A program made the position numbers and the translations under genes. The notes below the pieces were generated by a model. The model searched no databases. It was given only the letters and a program-made list of their open reading frames with translations, and was not told where the DNA came from. Below, piece by piece: positions 9,110 to 18,942 of a stretch of 64,000 nucleotides of DNA. Each line of letters begins with the position of its first letter. The first letter of the stretch is position 1. This DNA comes from an uncultured Candidatus Micrarchaeota archaeon (GTDB lineage: Archaea > Micrarchaeota > Micrarchaeia > Anstonellales > J096): assembly GCA_938083015.1 (NCBI GenBank), contig CALKCX010000003.1, positions 14,793 through 78,792 on the forward strand, given 5' to 3'.

Positions 9110-11341
9110 ATGTTTGAAGATATAGAAATAAAATGGCAGAAGATATGGAATGAGAGAAAAAAGACATATGATTTAAATAAACCAATAATAGCTATAGATA
9201 CGCCCCCACCTTTTACATCTGGAACATTGCATATGGGCCATATATTAAGCTATTCTTATATAGACTTTATTGCCCGATATTTGATGTTAAAAGGAAATCA
9301 AGTGTTTTATCCACAAGGCTGGGATGCTCAAGGATTTCCAACTGAAATGAAGATAGAGGCAAAGTATGGTAGAGATCTTCCAAGAGAGGAGTTTAGACAG
9401 AGATGTATACAATGGAGTTATGAGATGATAGATAAAATGAAAGAGCAAATGAAGAGAATGGGGTATATGATAGATTGGGGGCACGAGTATATAACAATGG
9501 TCCCAGAATATCATGAAAAAGTACAAAAATCAATAATAGAAATGTGGAGGCAAGGTGAAATATATAGAGATAATCATCCTGTTTTATGGTGCCCCCATTG
9601 TAGATCAGCTATAGCTAAAGCAGAATTAGAAGATAAAGAAATGGATTCCGTATTGTACGATATAAATTTTGGAAATGTAACCATATCTACTACCAGGCCA
9701 GAGTTATTACATGCTTGTGTTGCTATAGCTGTTCATCCCGACGATCCTAGATATAAAAGTATAATTGGTAAAAATGCAAAATTACCAATTTATGATAGAG
9801 AAGTAAAGATAATTGCTGATCAAGATGTGTCGCGTGATTTTGGTACTGGGGCAGTGATGATATGTACATATGGTGATTATCAAGATCTAATATGGCAGAA
9901 AAGACATAATCTGGAAGTTATAGAAGCTATAGATAAAGAAGGGCGATTGAAAAATAGTAAATACGATGGAATGACTATTGATAAGGCCAGAGAAGCTATT
10001 GTAAAAGATCTAAAAAGTATAGGTGCTATTGAAAGAGAAAGACATTATAAGAAAATCGTAAAAGTACATGATAGATGTAAAAATCCAGTAGAATTGATGT
10101 ATTCTTATGAATGGTTTGCTTCTTTAAAGAAACATAAAGATGAATTGATAGATATTGCTAAAATGATAAACTGGTATCCGGAATTCGGCATATATCATTA
10201 TATTGATTGGTTAAACAATTTAGATTGGGATTGGATAATTAGTAGAGATAGAATATTCGGAACACCTATTCCGTTTTATGTATGCGAATATTGTAATAAT
10301 ATAGAACCTGCAGATGAATTACCTTTTTATCCTGAAAAGGCAAAACCTAAGATGTGTAAACAATGTGGAAATCAAATGAAACCAGAGATAAAAGTATTAG
10401 ATGTATGGGTAGATTCTAGTATTACTCCATTAATAGTTTCAAAGTATTACGAAAATATCGATTTTCACAATAAAGTCTTTCCTAATTTTATAAGAATACA
10501 AGGTCTAGAAATAGTTAGAACATGGGCATTGTATACAATATACAGAGTATGGAAATTAACAGGTCAAATACCTTGGAAAAACATATTATTGAATGGTAAC
10601 GTATTGGCCCCGGATGGAAAGAAGATGAGTAAAAGCTTAGGTAATGTCATATCTCCAGATGATTTACTTAAAGAATATCCTGTAGATGCTTTAAGACAAT
10701 GGGCAGCAATGAGTGGGGCATTGGCAAAAGATAGACCATTTTCATATGAAGACATAAAATATGCTAAAGCTTTCTTAATCAAATATTGGAATGCTTCTAA
10801 ATATGTATTATCTAAACTTAAACCAGTAACAGATGTAAAATTAAGAAAAGTCGATAGATGGATATTACATAGATTATCTGAACTTATTGAAAAGGTCCAA
10901 AAATCTATGGATAATTATCAATTTAGAGAAGCTATTGTTAGTTTACAACAATTCTATTGGAATGAATTCTGCGATTATTATTTAGAATATACGAAATGGA
11001 GATTCAACAATGAAGTTGATGGAGCTATCTATACTTTAAAGAAAGTCCAAGAAGAGTTTTCGAAGATGTTCTCTATATTCGCCCCACATCTTGCATATGA
11101 AGTATATTGGCAGATATTTGGAAAAGAAATTGAAGATTGGCCTAACTTCAAATTCTCAGATCCAGAAGCAGTTAAACAAGTTGAAATTTTTAATCAAGAG
11201 GTATCTAAAGTAAGAACGTATAAAATATCTAATAGATTATCTATGAAGGCCGAATTAGATAAATGGAAATTAGAAACTAATCTTGATCCAGAGTTAAAAG
11301 AAGAACTTAAACAAGTAATGCACATTAAGGAATTAATCTAG
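9110..11341 (+). CDS. valS: Valine--tRNA ligase (archaeal type)
   Basis: DTPPPFTSGTLHMGH, TTRPELL, FGTGAVMICTYGD, DWIISR, KMSKS. Confidence 0.96.
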   Translation: MFEDIEIKWQKIWNERKKTYDLNKPIIAIDTPPPFTSGTLHMGHILSYSYIDFIARYLMLKGNQVFYPQGWDAQGFPTEMKIEAKYGRDLPREEFRQRCIQWSYEMIDKMKEQMKRMGYMIDWGHEYITMVPEYHEKVQKSIIEMWRQGEIYRDNHPVLWCPHCRSAIAKAELEDKEMDSVLYDINFGNVTISTTRPELLHACVAIAVHPDDPRYKSIIGKNAKLPIYDREVKIIADQDVSRDFGTGAVMICTYGDYQDLIWQKRHNLEVIEAIDKEGRLKNSKYDGMTIDKAREAIVKDLKSIGAIERERHYKKIVKVHDRCKNPVELMYSYEWFASLKKHKDELIDIAKMINWYPEFGIYHYIDWLNNLDWDWIISRDRIFGTPIPFYVCEYCNNIEPADELPFYPEKAKPKMCKQCGNQMKPEIKVLDVWVDSSITPLIVSKYYENIDFHNKVFPNFIRIQGLEIVRTWALYTIYRVWKLTGQIPWKNILLNGNVLAPDGKKMSKSLGNVISPDDLLKEYPVDALRQWAAMSGALAKDRPFSYEDIKYAKAFLIKYWNASKYVLSKLKPVTDVKLRKVDRWILHRLSELIEKVQKSMDNYQFREAIVSLQQFYWNEFCDYYLEYTKWRFNNEVDGAIYTLKKVQEEFSKMFSIFAPHLAYEVYWQIFGKEIEDWPNFKFSDPEAVKQVEIFNQEVSKVRTYKISNRLSMKAELDKWKLETNLDPELKEELKQVMHIKELI

Positions 11342-12533
11342 TCCTATCTCTAGGAAATAACATCGCTTCTCTAATATTGTTTAATCCCAATAATTGCATA
11401 AGGAATCTCTCCAATCCCATACCAAACCCTCCATGAGGGGGCACACCGTATTTAAAAGCTTCAAGATAAAACTCAAAATCGTGTATATTTAGACCTCTCT
11501 CAATTATAGCATTTTCAAGAAGATCAACATCATGTATTCTCTGGGCCCCTGAAGCTATCTCAAGACCTTTAAAGAATAGATCGAAGGATTTACTATACAT
11601 ATCGTCTTTTGGCATAGTATAAAAAGCTCTAATTCTAGTAGGAAATCCTTCTATAAAATATAAATCTTGTTCAAGTATTTCATATATCTTTTTCTCATGT
11701 TCTTTACTAAAATCATCTCCTATTTCTATGTTAACTCCATGTTCTTTCAACAAGTTTACTATCTCTTCATAACTATAGATGTTTATCTTATCTACTTCAT
11801 AGTTTACCTTTTGTATCATCTCTTTTACTACTTCAGCTAGTAAATTCATTACATCTTTATAATCATTTATAACCATTTCCACATCTAAAGATATCGCTTC
11901 ATTTAGATGATAAATAGTATTATGTTTCTCTGCCCGGTATATAGGCATTGTTATAAATACTTTTTCTAATCCACCAATTACGGCCATCTGCTTATATAAT
12001 TGAGGAGATTGGGCCAGATAAGCATGTCTTTCAAAATATTCTACTTTGAATACCTCTGCACCTCCTTCTGATGCAGCACCTAATATTAAGCTTGGATGTA
12101 TCTCTATAAATCCTCTATTTAATAAGAAATTACGATAAGTATTAATAACATCTGATTTTATCTTAAATATATTTGCTATCTCTGGTCTTCTTAGATCTAA
12201 AAATCTATATTTTAATCGTACATCAAAATCAGAAGGTACAATTCCAGTAGGGTCTACAGGTAGCTTTTTCTTGACTCTAGAATTAATTATAATCTTCTCT
12301 GCTTTTATCTCTATTCCAGATTTAGCTATATTTGATTTAACTACTGTGCCAATAACAGTTAGATGGTCTTCTCTATTAACAGTTATGTCTTCTTTCGTAA
12401 CTACTTGAATAGTGCCTGTCCAGTCTCTTAGTATTATAAATTTTATCTTTCCTAAATTACGAAACTCATGTACAAATCCAGATATTTGAATTGTTTGATC
12501 TATCATTTGATAAGCTTGCTTAATCGATATCAT
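11325..12533 (-). CDS. aspS: Aspartate--tRNA ligase (archaeal type)
   Basis: OB fold, SEGGAEVF, LAQSPQLYKQ, YRAE, EIASGAQR, PHGGFGMGLER, FPRD. Start set at ATG 12533 because the upstream extension overlaps the promoter and tRNA. Confidence 0.94.
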   Translation of the reverse strand: MISIKQAYQMIDQTIQISGFVHEFRNLGKIKFIILRDWTGTIQVVTKEDITVNREDHLTVIGTVVKSNIAKSGIEIKAEKIIINSRVKKKLPVDPTGIVPSDFDVRLKYRFLDLRRPEIANIFKIKSDVINTYRNFLLNRGFIEIHPSLILGAASEGGAEVFKVEYFERHAYLAQSPQLYKQMAVIGGLEKVFITMPIYRAEKHNTIYHLNEAISLDVEMVINDYKDVMNLLAEVVKEMIQKVNYEVDKINIYSYEEIVNLLKEHGVNIEIGDDFSKEHEKKIYEILEQDLYFIEGFPTRIRAFYTMPKDDMYSKSFDLFFKGLEIASGAQRIHDVDLLENAIIERGLNIHDFEFYLEAFKYGVPPHGGFGMGLERFLMQLLGLNNIREAMLFPRDRTRLIP

Positions 12534-12554
12534 ATGTTTATCAAGATAATATAT

Positions 12555-12560
12555 TTTAAA
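12555..12560. promoter_or_regulatory. Palindromic TATA box between aspS and tRNA-Leu
   Basis: TTTAAA lies 27 nt from the aspS ATG and 28 nt from tRNA G1. Confidence 0.6.
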
Positions 12561-12582
12561 ATCTAGTTTATAACTTAAAATA

Positions 12583-12668
12583 GCAGGGGTAGCCAAGTCT
12601 GGTCAAAGGCGCAGGCTTGAGGGGTCTGTCCCGTTGTGGGTTCGTGGGTTCAAATCCCACCCCCTGCA
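12583..12668 (+). tRNA. tRNA-Leu(GAG)
   Basis: GCAGGGG/CCCCTGC acceptor stem, CAGGC-TT-GAG-GG-GTCTG anticodon arm, long variable arm, GGTTCAAATCC T arm; CCA not encoded. Confidence 0.96.
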
Positions 12669-14179
12669 TTTAAAACGTATTTATCTAATAATTCATTATA
12701 TACTCCTCTTGATAACAAATATCCCATTAGATAAGAGATAATAGCTATAATAGCAAATCCTACTACTTCTATACTTGCCAATAATAGTAAAGGAAACATG
12801 ACCATAATAGCTATTGTTACATTATTTCTAACTATCTTATATACGTATTCAAAATTTTCTTTTCGTCTTAATCTAAAATCTGTAATAATAATTTGTGCAT
12901 CTATACTTACACCTGCTGCAGCTATAAGGCCAACAATAGCAGCTAAATCCAATGTAAACCTACCTACAATGGCCAATAATATTATTATTTCCAATACTGA
13001 TATAAACATCATTATAGTTGCAATCTTAAGATTTCCATACCTAATAGATGCAAATAGACCTACTGCTAATACACTAAGTATTATTCCTATAATAGAATAA
13101 AATAGAGACAATTCTCCAAATACTGCAGGTATATTCGTAGTTCCTATTATCTCTAAATTATAAGGAATACCTCCACCTTTCAATAATGATGCTATTTCTC
13201 TAGCTTCTTCAATAGCTTTATTTTTAGAAGTTCCTGTGATAAGATATCTAATGCCTATGCTTGTTCCAGAAGTTATAGATGGAGACAACCTTGGTGCAGA
13301 TATTAAATTTATTGCTTTCCAACTAACTATAGATCCGAATTGTACTTCTGGATATAACGATGAGTCGTCTACGATTATCTGATTTGAATAATTAACATCT
13401 CTTGAAGTTATAAGACTGCCATTTTTCGGAAGATAGAATTCATCTTCCCAAATTACAGATATGTTTAAATATGACAATATTTCTAAACTTTCTTCAGGAT
13501 TCTGTAATTTCTCTTTATCTAATAATATATAGGAATTTCTAGGAGGATCTAAAAACATATATATTGGTCTATTGGCCTTTCCTCTAACTTTTTCTAAAAA
13601 TTTAATATTAGCTTCTGGATTAATTGCAAATTGTACTCCCCAGTCTGCACCACCAATTTGGGCACGATCTAATACAATTTGTACTGTATTTGGAATAATG
13701 TCTTCGCCTTTTATAACTATTTCTCCATCTACTATTCCAATATATTCTCCTTTTCTAGTTATTACATTACCTATTCTATTTAACAGATCTGGAGAGCTAC
13801 CTTCTATGTATATAAGTCTATTTTCAAGACCTTTTACTACTATTTGTTCTAGACCAAGTGCAGATAATCTATTTTTAATTCTCTCTATAAGATCCAACAT
13901 ATCTGAGTTAGAAATAGGTTCATCTACTTGTAATATTACTCGTGTTCCTCCTTTGAAATCTATACCAAGATTAACTCCGTGTAATAATAAAGATAATAAA
14001 GCTAAAGAAGCTAATGCTATAAAATAGTAAAGACGAGTATGTTTTGCTATGTAATTTGTTAACAATATGGCCAATACTAGATAAAATGCAAATATATTTG
14101 AAATGGCCGTATTAAATATAGATAGTAATAATAATACCATACCTATTCCTAATACTATAAACTGAGATCTATTGAACAT
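12650..14179 (-). CDS. secD: Protein translocase subunit SecD
   Basis: LGIDFKGGTRV, IKNRLSALGL, LKGGGIP, GVSIDAQIII; C-terminal TM block; start at ATG 14179 after GGTGA SD. Confidence 0.9.
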   Translation of the reverse strand: MFNRSQFIVLGIGMVLLLLSIFNTAISNIFAFYLVLAILLTNYIAKHTRLYYFIALASLALLSLLLHGVNLGIDFKGGTRVILQVDEPISNSDMLDLIERIKNRLSALGLEQIVVKGLENRLIYIEGSSPDLLNRIGNVITRKGEYIGIVDGEIVIKGEDIIPNTVQIVLDRAQIGGADWGVQFAINPEANIKFLEKVRGKANRPIYMFLDPPRNSYILLDKEKLQNPEESLEILSYLNISVIWEDEFYLPKNGSLITSRDVNYSNQIIVDDSSLYPEVQFGSIVSWKAINLISAPRLSPSITSGTSIGIRYLITGTSKNKAIEEAREIASLLKGGGIPYNLEIIGTTNIPAVFGELSLFYSIIGIILSVLAVGLFASIRYGNLKIATIMMFISVLEIIILLAIVGRFTLDLAAIVGLIAAAGVSIDAQIIITDFRLRRKENFEYVYKIVRNNVTIAIMVMFPLLLLASIEVVGFAIIAIISYLMGYLLSRGVYNELLDKYVLNAGGGI

Positions 14180-15116
14180 ATTTCTCACCGTATTTTTGTA
14201 ATAGATAAGCATTATAGCCCCAAGAGGTAAAGAAGTCAACTATTAGACCAATGATCATAACAGCAGCTATATTTTTTAGAAAACTAATATTTAGTAAAAC
14301 ACCTATACCTAAGATTATGAAGAATACTAGCATTGAACTTGTAATCATAGATATACCTGTTTTCATACTTTCATCTATACTATTGGGTTTTCTTGTCAAA
14401 TAATAATTGCTAACTAGTAATACGCTGGTATCTAAACTATACCCAAATAGCATTAATAATCCTATTAATATGCTAAGATCGATATCAAAACCTAATAAGC
14501 TTATAATACCAATAGTTACTAAAGCGTCTATCAAAGCTCCGGATAGTATGTTAACAGTTGGAAACCAGGTCTTAAAAGTTAAGAAAATATAAATAGTTGC
14601 GAATAGCATACCTAATAAAAACACCATAAATATCCTTGTAAATAATTCTTTAGATAAAATAGGAGTAATTAGATTATAAGAATATTCGTATTTGCCGTCT
14701 ATGCTTTGTAGTATTGATGTTAACGTTTTATTAACAGAGGATTCGTATACTAAATTAGAATATTCGATTAAACTTTGATTTTCATATTCTATACCTGAGA
14801 GTTCGGCCATAGTTTTAACATAATCATTGCATTTATCTAAATCAATAGTTTGTCTTAAACAATTTAATAATTCAGATCTTGTTTCTATTATTGTCTTAAG
14901 ATTAGGTGATAATCTCAATGGAATTTCATATATATAAATTCCTTCTAAAGATTTAAAATTATGTGAAAATGGAATATATAATTTTGAATCGGATGTAATC
15001 GTAATTATTAACCCCCCTTCAAAATCTATACCAGTTCTAAACGATGTGATGTATCCTATTATCGAGATTATCGATAATATGAATAGTATTGTCAATAATA
15101 ACTTTCTATCTATCAT
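14169..15116 (-). CDS. secF: Protein translocase subunit SecF
   Basis: GIDFEGG, LMLFGYSLDTSVLL, IIGLIVDFFTSWGYNA; coupled to secD. Confidence 0.9.
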   Translation of the reverse strand: MIDRKLLLTILFILSIISIIGYITSFRTGIDFEGGLIITITSDSKLYIPFSHNFKSLEGIYIYEIPLRLSPNLKTIIETRSELLNCLRQTIDLDKCNDYVKTMAELSGIEYENQSLIEYSNLVYESSVNKTLTSILQSIDGKYEYSYNLITPILSKELFTRIFMVFLLGMLFATIYIFLTFKTWFPTVNILSGALIDALVTIGIISLLGFDIDLSILIGLLMLFGYSLDTSVLLVSNYYLTRKPNSIDESMKTGISMITSSMLVFFIILGIGVLLNISFLKNIAAVMIIGLIVDFFTSWGYNAYLLQKYGEKYVQ

Positions 15117-15209
15117 GAGTTAAATACATATAAAAAAGTTTAAAAATAACTGACCAATTTTATTTTTGTAAACATATATGTTTAAAAAAAGTTAATCATA
15201 ATATAAAAT

Positions 15210-16817
15210 ATGAATGTTGTAGTTGAAGCAGAATTAGATAAAAGATTAGAAGAACTTAGATTAAACAATCCTGAAACTGAGCGCAAAGTAAAAATAGCTT
15301 TAAGACAATTTCTTACACAGACAGATACAACAATAACACTTAACGTTAATCCTTACAATGCAAACATGATAAGAGAATGGCTAATGAAACATTATCCTGA
15401 AATATCTGTAACTACTGTTAACAAAAGACAAAATGGTACTGAAGATATAGTTTTGAGAAAAGGGCAAAAAATGCCCATGTTTATAGACCAATCTATTCTT
15501 AGTATAGATCAATTAGTAAATTCGTTAAATAGCAATGGTGTGGTAAAAAATAGCGTAAAAGATAATCTATATAGATTAGTAAAAGGCAATACTTATAGTG
15601 TGACATTGAATTTAAATAGCGATAACGCTAATAAGGTGAAACAATGGGCAGAAGAATATGGTTATGAAGTTTCACTACGAACTGCTCAGAATGGTTTGGT
15701 AGATATAACTATAAGAAGACATAAGAAAGTATCTTCTTTAGACAGACCACAATCTAATCAAAACTTAAATACAGGTTTACCTAAACATCTTGATCATAAT
15801 TTCTATCGTGGTATAAAACATGTATATGAGGCATTGAAAGGTACTTCTTTCTTTGATTATTATAGCACGTTATCTGATGAAAAGAAAGAATTGTTTTTAT
15901 CATTCATGTGGGGTGTATATATGAGAAGTGTAAACGAAACACAAAAATCAAATCCAGAACTGTTTGGACAAATAGGCTCTGTAAGAACTTTATTTTCAAA
16001 ATTAAATAAACACAATATAATATCGGAATTTGAAGCTAGATTAGAAAGAGCAGAAAGACAGACAAAAATGGCAATAGAAATCCTTGAACAAAAATTCTCA
16101 AAAGAAAATAAATCGTTGAAAAACTTCTTAGGTTCAAATTATAAAGAATTTGAAAAAGCACTAAAATATATTTTTATGGAATGGAAATTTGATGATAATA
16201 CTATTAATTCTATATTGAACAGTATATCTTATCAAACTATTGATAAATTATATAAAGCTTTAATTGACTTTAGAGCAAAAAACCATAGACATTCTCCAGG
16301 TAAAGATGTATCTAATCAAGATCTAGCAGAGATAAGCTTATCAACAATTCTATTTAGTAAAATGTTTGGAGTAGATTCAGAATTAATCTTGGCCATTATA
16401 GGACAAGAATCTAATTTTAGAAAACAAGCATGGAATGATGGAAATATAGGCATGACTCAACAAAGTGGGCAAGGTTGGAACATGTATGTATTCGGTTCAA
16501 GATACCCAGGTATGTTAGAAAATTATATGAAAGCTAGATTTAAAAGAGCCGGATGGCAAGGAAATCCTGATTATCAATCACCTTTAGTAAATAGAACTTT
16601 ATTAGCAAATCAAAATATAACAATGCAAATATATACTGGTGTAATAACATTGGTAGGTAAAGCTATTGAAAAATATGGTACAAATACAGATCTGTCTAAC
16701 TTAGATAATAGAAAAGATGTTGTATATCAAATTGCCAGGGGATACAATGGAAGCAAATTAGCAAATAGTTATGCTTCTGCAGTAGTTAGTAGTCCACTTT
16801 GGAATTTAGATTTGTGA
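15210..16817 (+). CDS. Protein with two N-terminal TusA/SirA-like repeats and a C-terminal lytic transglycosylase (SLT/lysozyme-like) domain
   Basis: GVDSELILAIIGQESNF (catalytic ES), IGMTQ (GLMQ-like), ARGYNGS (AYNAG-like); internal repeat TLNVNPYNANMIREW...QNGTEDIVLRK vs TLNLNSDNANKVKQW...QNGLVDITIRR. Confidence 0.72.
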   Translation: MNVVVEAELDKRLEELRLNNPETERKVKIALRQFLTQTDTTITLNVNPYNANMIREWLMKHYPEISVTTVNKRQNGTEDIVLRKGQKMPMFIDQSILSIDQLVNSLNSNGVVKNSVKDNLYRLVKGNTYSVTLNLNSDNANKVKQWAEEYGYEVSLRTAQNGLVDITIRRHKKVSSLDRPQSNQNLNTGLPKHLDHNFYRGIKHVYEALKGTSFFDYYSTLSDEKKELFLSFMWGVYMRSVNETQKSNPELFGQIGSVRTLFSKLNKHNIISEFEARLERAERQTKMAIEILEQKFSKENKSLKNFLGSNYKEFEKALKYIFMEWKFDDNTINSILNSISYQTIDKLYKALIDFRAKNHRHSPGKDVSNQDLAEISLSTILFSKMFGVDSELILAIIGQESNFRKQAWNDGNIGMTQQSGQGWNMYVFGSRYPGMLENYMKARFKRAGWQGNPDYQSPLVNRTLLANQNITMQIYTGVITLVGKAIEKYGTNTDLSNLDNRKDVVYQIARGYNGSKLANSYASAVVSSPLWNLDL

Positions 16818-18086
16818 TATACTAAGTCTCTGAACTCGTATTATATTGCTAAATATTCTATAATATATTATGTTAACTAGCATTATTAATAAAAACATCC
16901 CAGTTAGACCTATGTATTGTAAAACAACATATCCTATTTTGATAGATACTAAAGTAGCTACTCGAATTATAAGTAAATAGGTATTTGATAAGTTTTCTCT
17001 AGTATTTTCATCGTCTACATCTAATAATAGCTTTCTAATATATATAGGTCCAAACATGTTTACTGCGATTATTAAAATAGCAATTGCCAATATATAAGCT
17101 CCGAGAAAGGCCAATATAGATGAAACTGTAGTTAATACAAATCCAATACCAAGTAATCTATTATGTTCTTGTTCATCCATTAATCTACCAGATAGAAATA
17201 AGGATAATATAGATAACAAAGACGTAATTGTAATTATAGTAAACATCTCTGAAGAATCCAATCCTATTATATTGATGTATATCCATCCTGATAGATTTAT
17301 CGGTATATAAAAACCTAATACTGAAAATATAGATAGACCTAACAATAGATTAGATTTATTGTTAAGAATTACAGTTAATCTATCAAAAGTCTTCCTATTT
17401 TTAATAACATAGATTAGTAATACCAACAATATGGCCGCGAATATATAGATGTTTAAATTTAATATAAAATATATGAAAGAGGCGATTGCTAAAACTATCA
17501 ATGAAATTCTTCTTATATCAGATTTAGTAAATCTATATGTTCTAAGACTATCGTCGTCAACGTATTTATAGACCAATATTAAAATTGCTAAAAGAGCAAT
17601 AATTGTTATAAACGATATTATAATAAACATATCTAAATCTATATACAGTATAATCACAGGTATCAATATAGTTACCAATGACCATATTATTTCAACGTTA
17701 TTTAAATTTTTACCAGAGTTTTTTCTATCTAATGCCGTTAACATTGATGAAAGAAGAGGGAATAATACTGAAAAAGCAGCTCCTTCTGCTAATGCCCCTA
17801 AGTATATAGCTTCAAAGTTTTTATTCATTATTCCATAGACAAGAAGAATAATAGCGACTATGAAACTAGATAAGCTTATTATTATAATTCTCTTCTTTCC
17901 TAAGATCTTTCGAATATATATTAATATAGGCTGTAATATAACTGCTGCAGAGAAAAATAAAATGTTAAACTCTATTATTAAATCGTGCTTTTCAATAGTT
18001 TTAGATAGATATAGAATATAATTGTTTACAAGGACAAAATAGAATGCTATAAATAGATTGATTAATACGATTAATAAGAACAACAT
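16806..18086 (-). CDS. MFS-type transporter
   Basis: About 12-14 hydrophobic segments; motif-A-like ILGKKR and SGRLMD. Confidence 0.75.
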   Translation of the reverse strand: MLFLLIVLINLFIAFYFVLVNNYILYLSKTIEKHDLIIEFNILFFSAAVILQPILIYIRKILGKKRIIIISLSSFIVAIILLVYGIMNKNFEAIYLGALAEGAAFSVLFPLLSSMLTALDRKNSGKNLNNVEIIWSLVTILIPVIILYIDLDMFIIISFITIIALLAILILVYKYVDDDSLRTYRFTKSDIRRISLIVLAIASFIYFILNLNIYIFAAILLVLLIYVIKNRKTFDRLTVILNNKSNLLLGLSIFSVLGFYIPINLSGWIYINIIGLDSSEMFTIITITSLLSILSLFLSGRLMDEQEHNRLLGIGFVLTTVSSILAFLGAYILAIAILIIAVNMFGPIYIRKLLLDVDDENTRENLSNTYLLIIRVATLVSIKIGYVVLQYIGLTGMFLLIMLVNIIYYRIFSNIIRVQRLSISQI

Positions 18087-18143
18087 ATAAGGTCTATTTA
18101 TACTATTGTGAATGTTTTAAAACAATATATGTTATTAAAATTA

Positions 18144-18217
18144 GCCTTAGTAGCTCAGCCTGGCAGAGCGCACGCTTGGTAAGCGTGAGGTCGCGGGTTC
18201 AAATCCCGCCTAAGGCT
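18144..18217 (+). tRNA. tRNA-Thr(GGT)
   Basis: GCCTTAG/CTAAGGC acceptor stem, CACGC-TT-GGT-AA-GCGTG anticodon arm, GGTTCAAATCC T arm. Confidence 0.97.
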
Positions 18218-18245
18218 TTAAAAAAATTTTTTCATAAATATAAAA

Positions 18246-18923
18246 ATGATTATCTACTGGGATTTAGATGAAACTTTAAGAGAAAATAAGGAGTTAACAA
18301 AAAGGGCAATAGAAGCAGCAATATCTAAATTCATTCCTTCTAAAAACTTAAATTTATCTTCAGATCAAATATATAATCTTTGGAATAAAGCTAATTTAGA
18401 ATGTATAATAGATAAAGACGATAAAGTATTTGCAAGATTCTTCAAAATATTATTCCCAGATATTGATAATATAGATAAATTGGCAGAATATGCAAAAGCT
18501 TATGTACACAATGAAATAGAATATCAAAAACCATTTGATCATACTGAAGTAGCTCTTCAAATAGTACAGAGGTTTAAGAATGGAATAATATCACATGCTA
18601 AGAAAGGGTCTACGATAGTATGGTTAAAAAGATATAATTTAGAGAAGTATTTTGATCCCAATTTAATATTCGATGGAGTAATTGACAAGAAAGATTATAT
18701 GAAAGGTCACTTTATATATATCGGCGATTCTATATCGGATTTGTATTCATTTCTAAAAGTTGAAACAGGAAATATGATATTAATAGGTAGACATGATGGA
18801 TATGTAGATAAATTACTTGATCTCTATCCTGAGAAAAGACAATATGTATATTACGCTAATGATGCTTTAGAAGCTTCTAAATTAGTAACAAAACTATTTA
18901 AAAAGGAGCATATACTTAATTGA
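18246..18923 (+). CDS. HAD-superfamily hydrolase
   Basis: Motif I WDLDETL, motif II GIISH, motif IV YIGDSISD. Confidence 0.85.
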   Translation: MIIYWDLDETLRENKELTKRAIEAAISKFIPSKNLNLSSDQIYNLWNKANLECIIDKDDKVFARFFKILFPDIDNIDKLAEYAKAYVHNEIEYQKPFDHTEVALQIVQRFKNGIISHAKKGSTIVWLKRYNLEKYFDPNLIFDGVIDKKDYMKGHFIYIGDSISDLYSFLKVETGNMILIGRHDGYVDKLLDLYPEKRQYVYYANDALEASKLVTKLFKKEHILN

Positions 18924-18942
18924 AGTTAAAGGGTGTTAAAAT

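Noticed and set aside
12534..12596. N-terminal extension of AspRS overlapping tRNA-Leu
   Set aside because: Artefact of longest-ORF calling; ATG 12533 fits the family start and TATA spacing.
12583..18217. Integrated element between tRNA-Leu and tRNA-Thr carrying the SLT and MFS genes
   Set aside because: No integrase and no duplicated tRNA 3' end (att site) seen; the interval includes core secDF.
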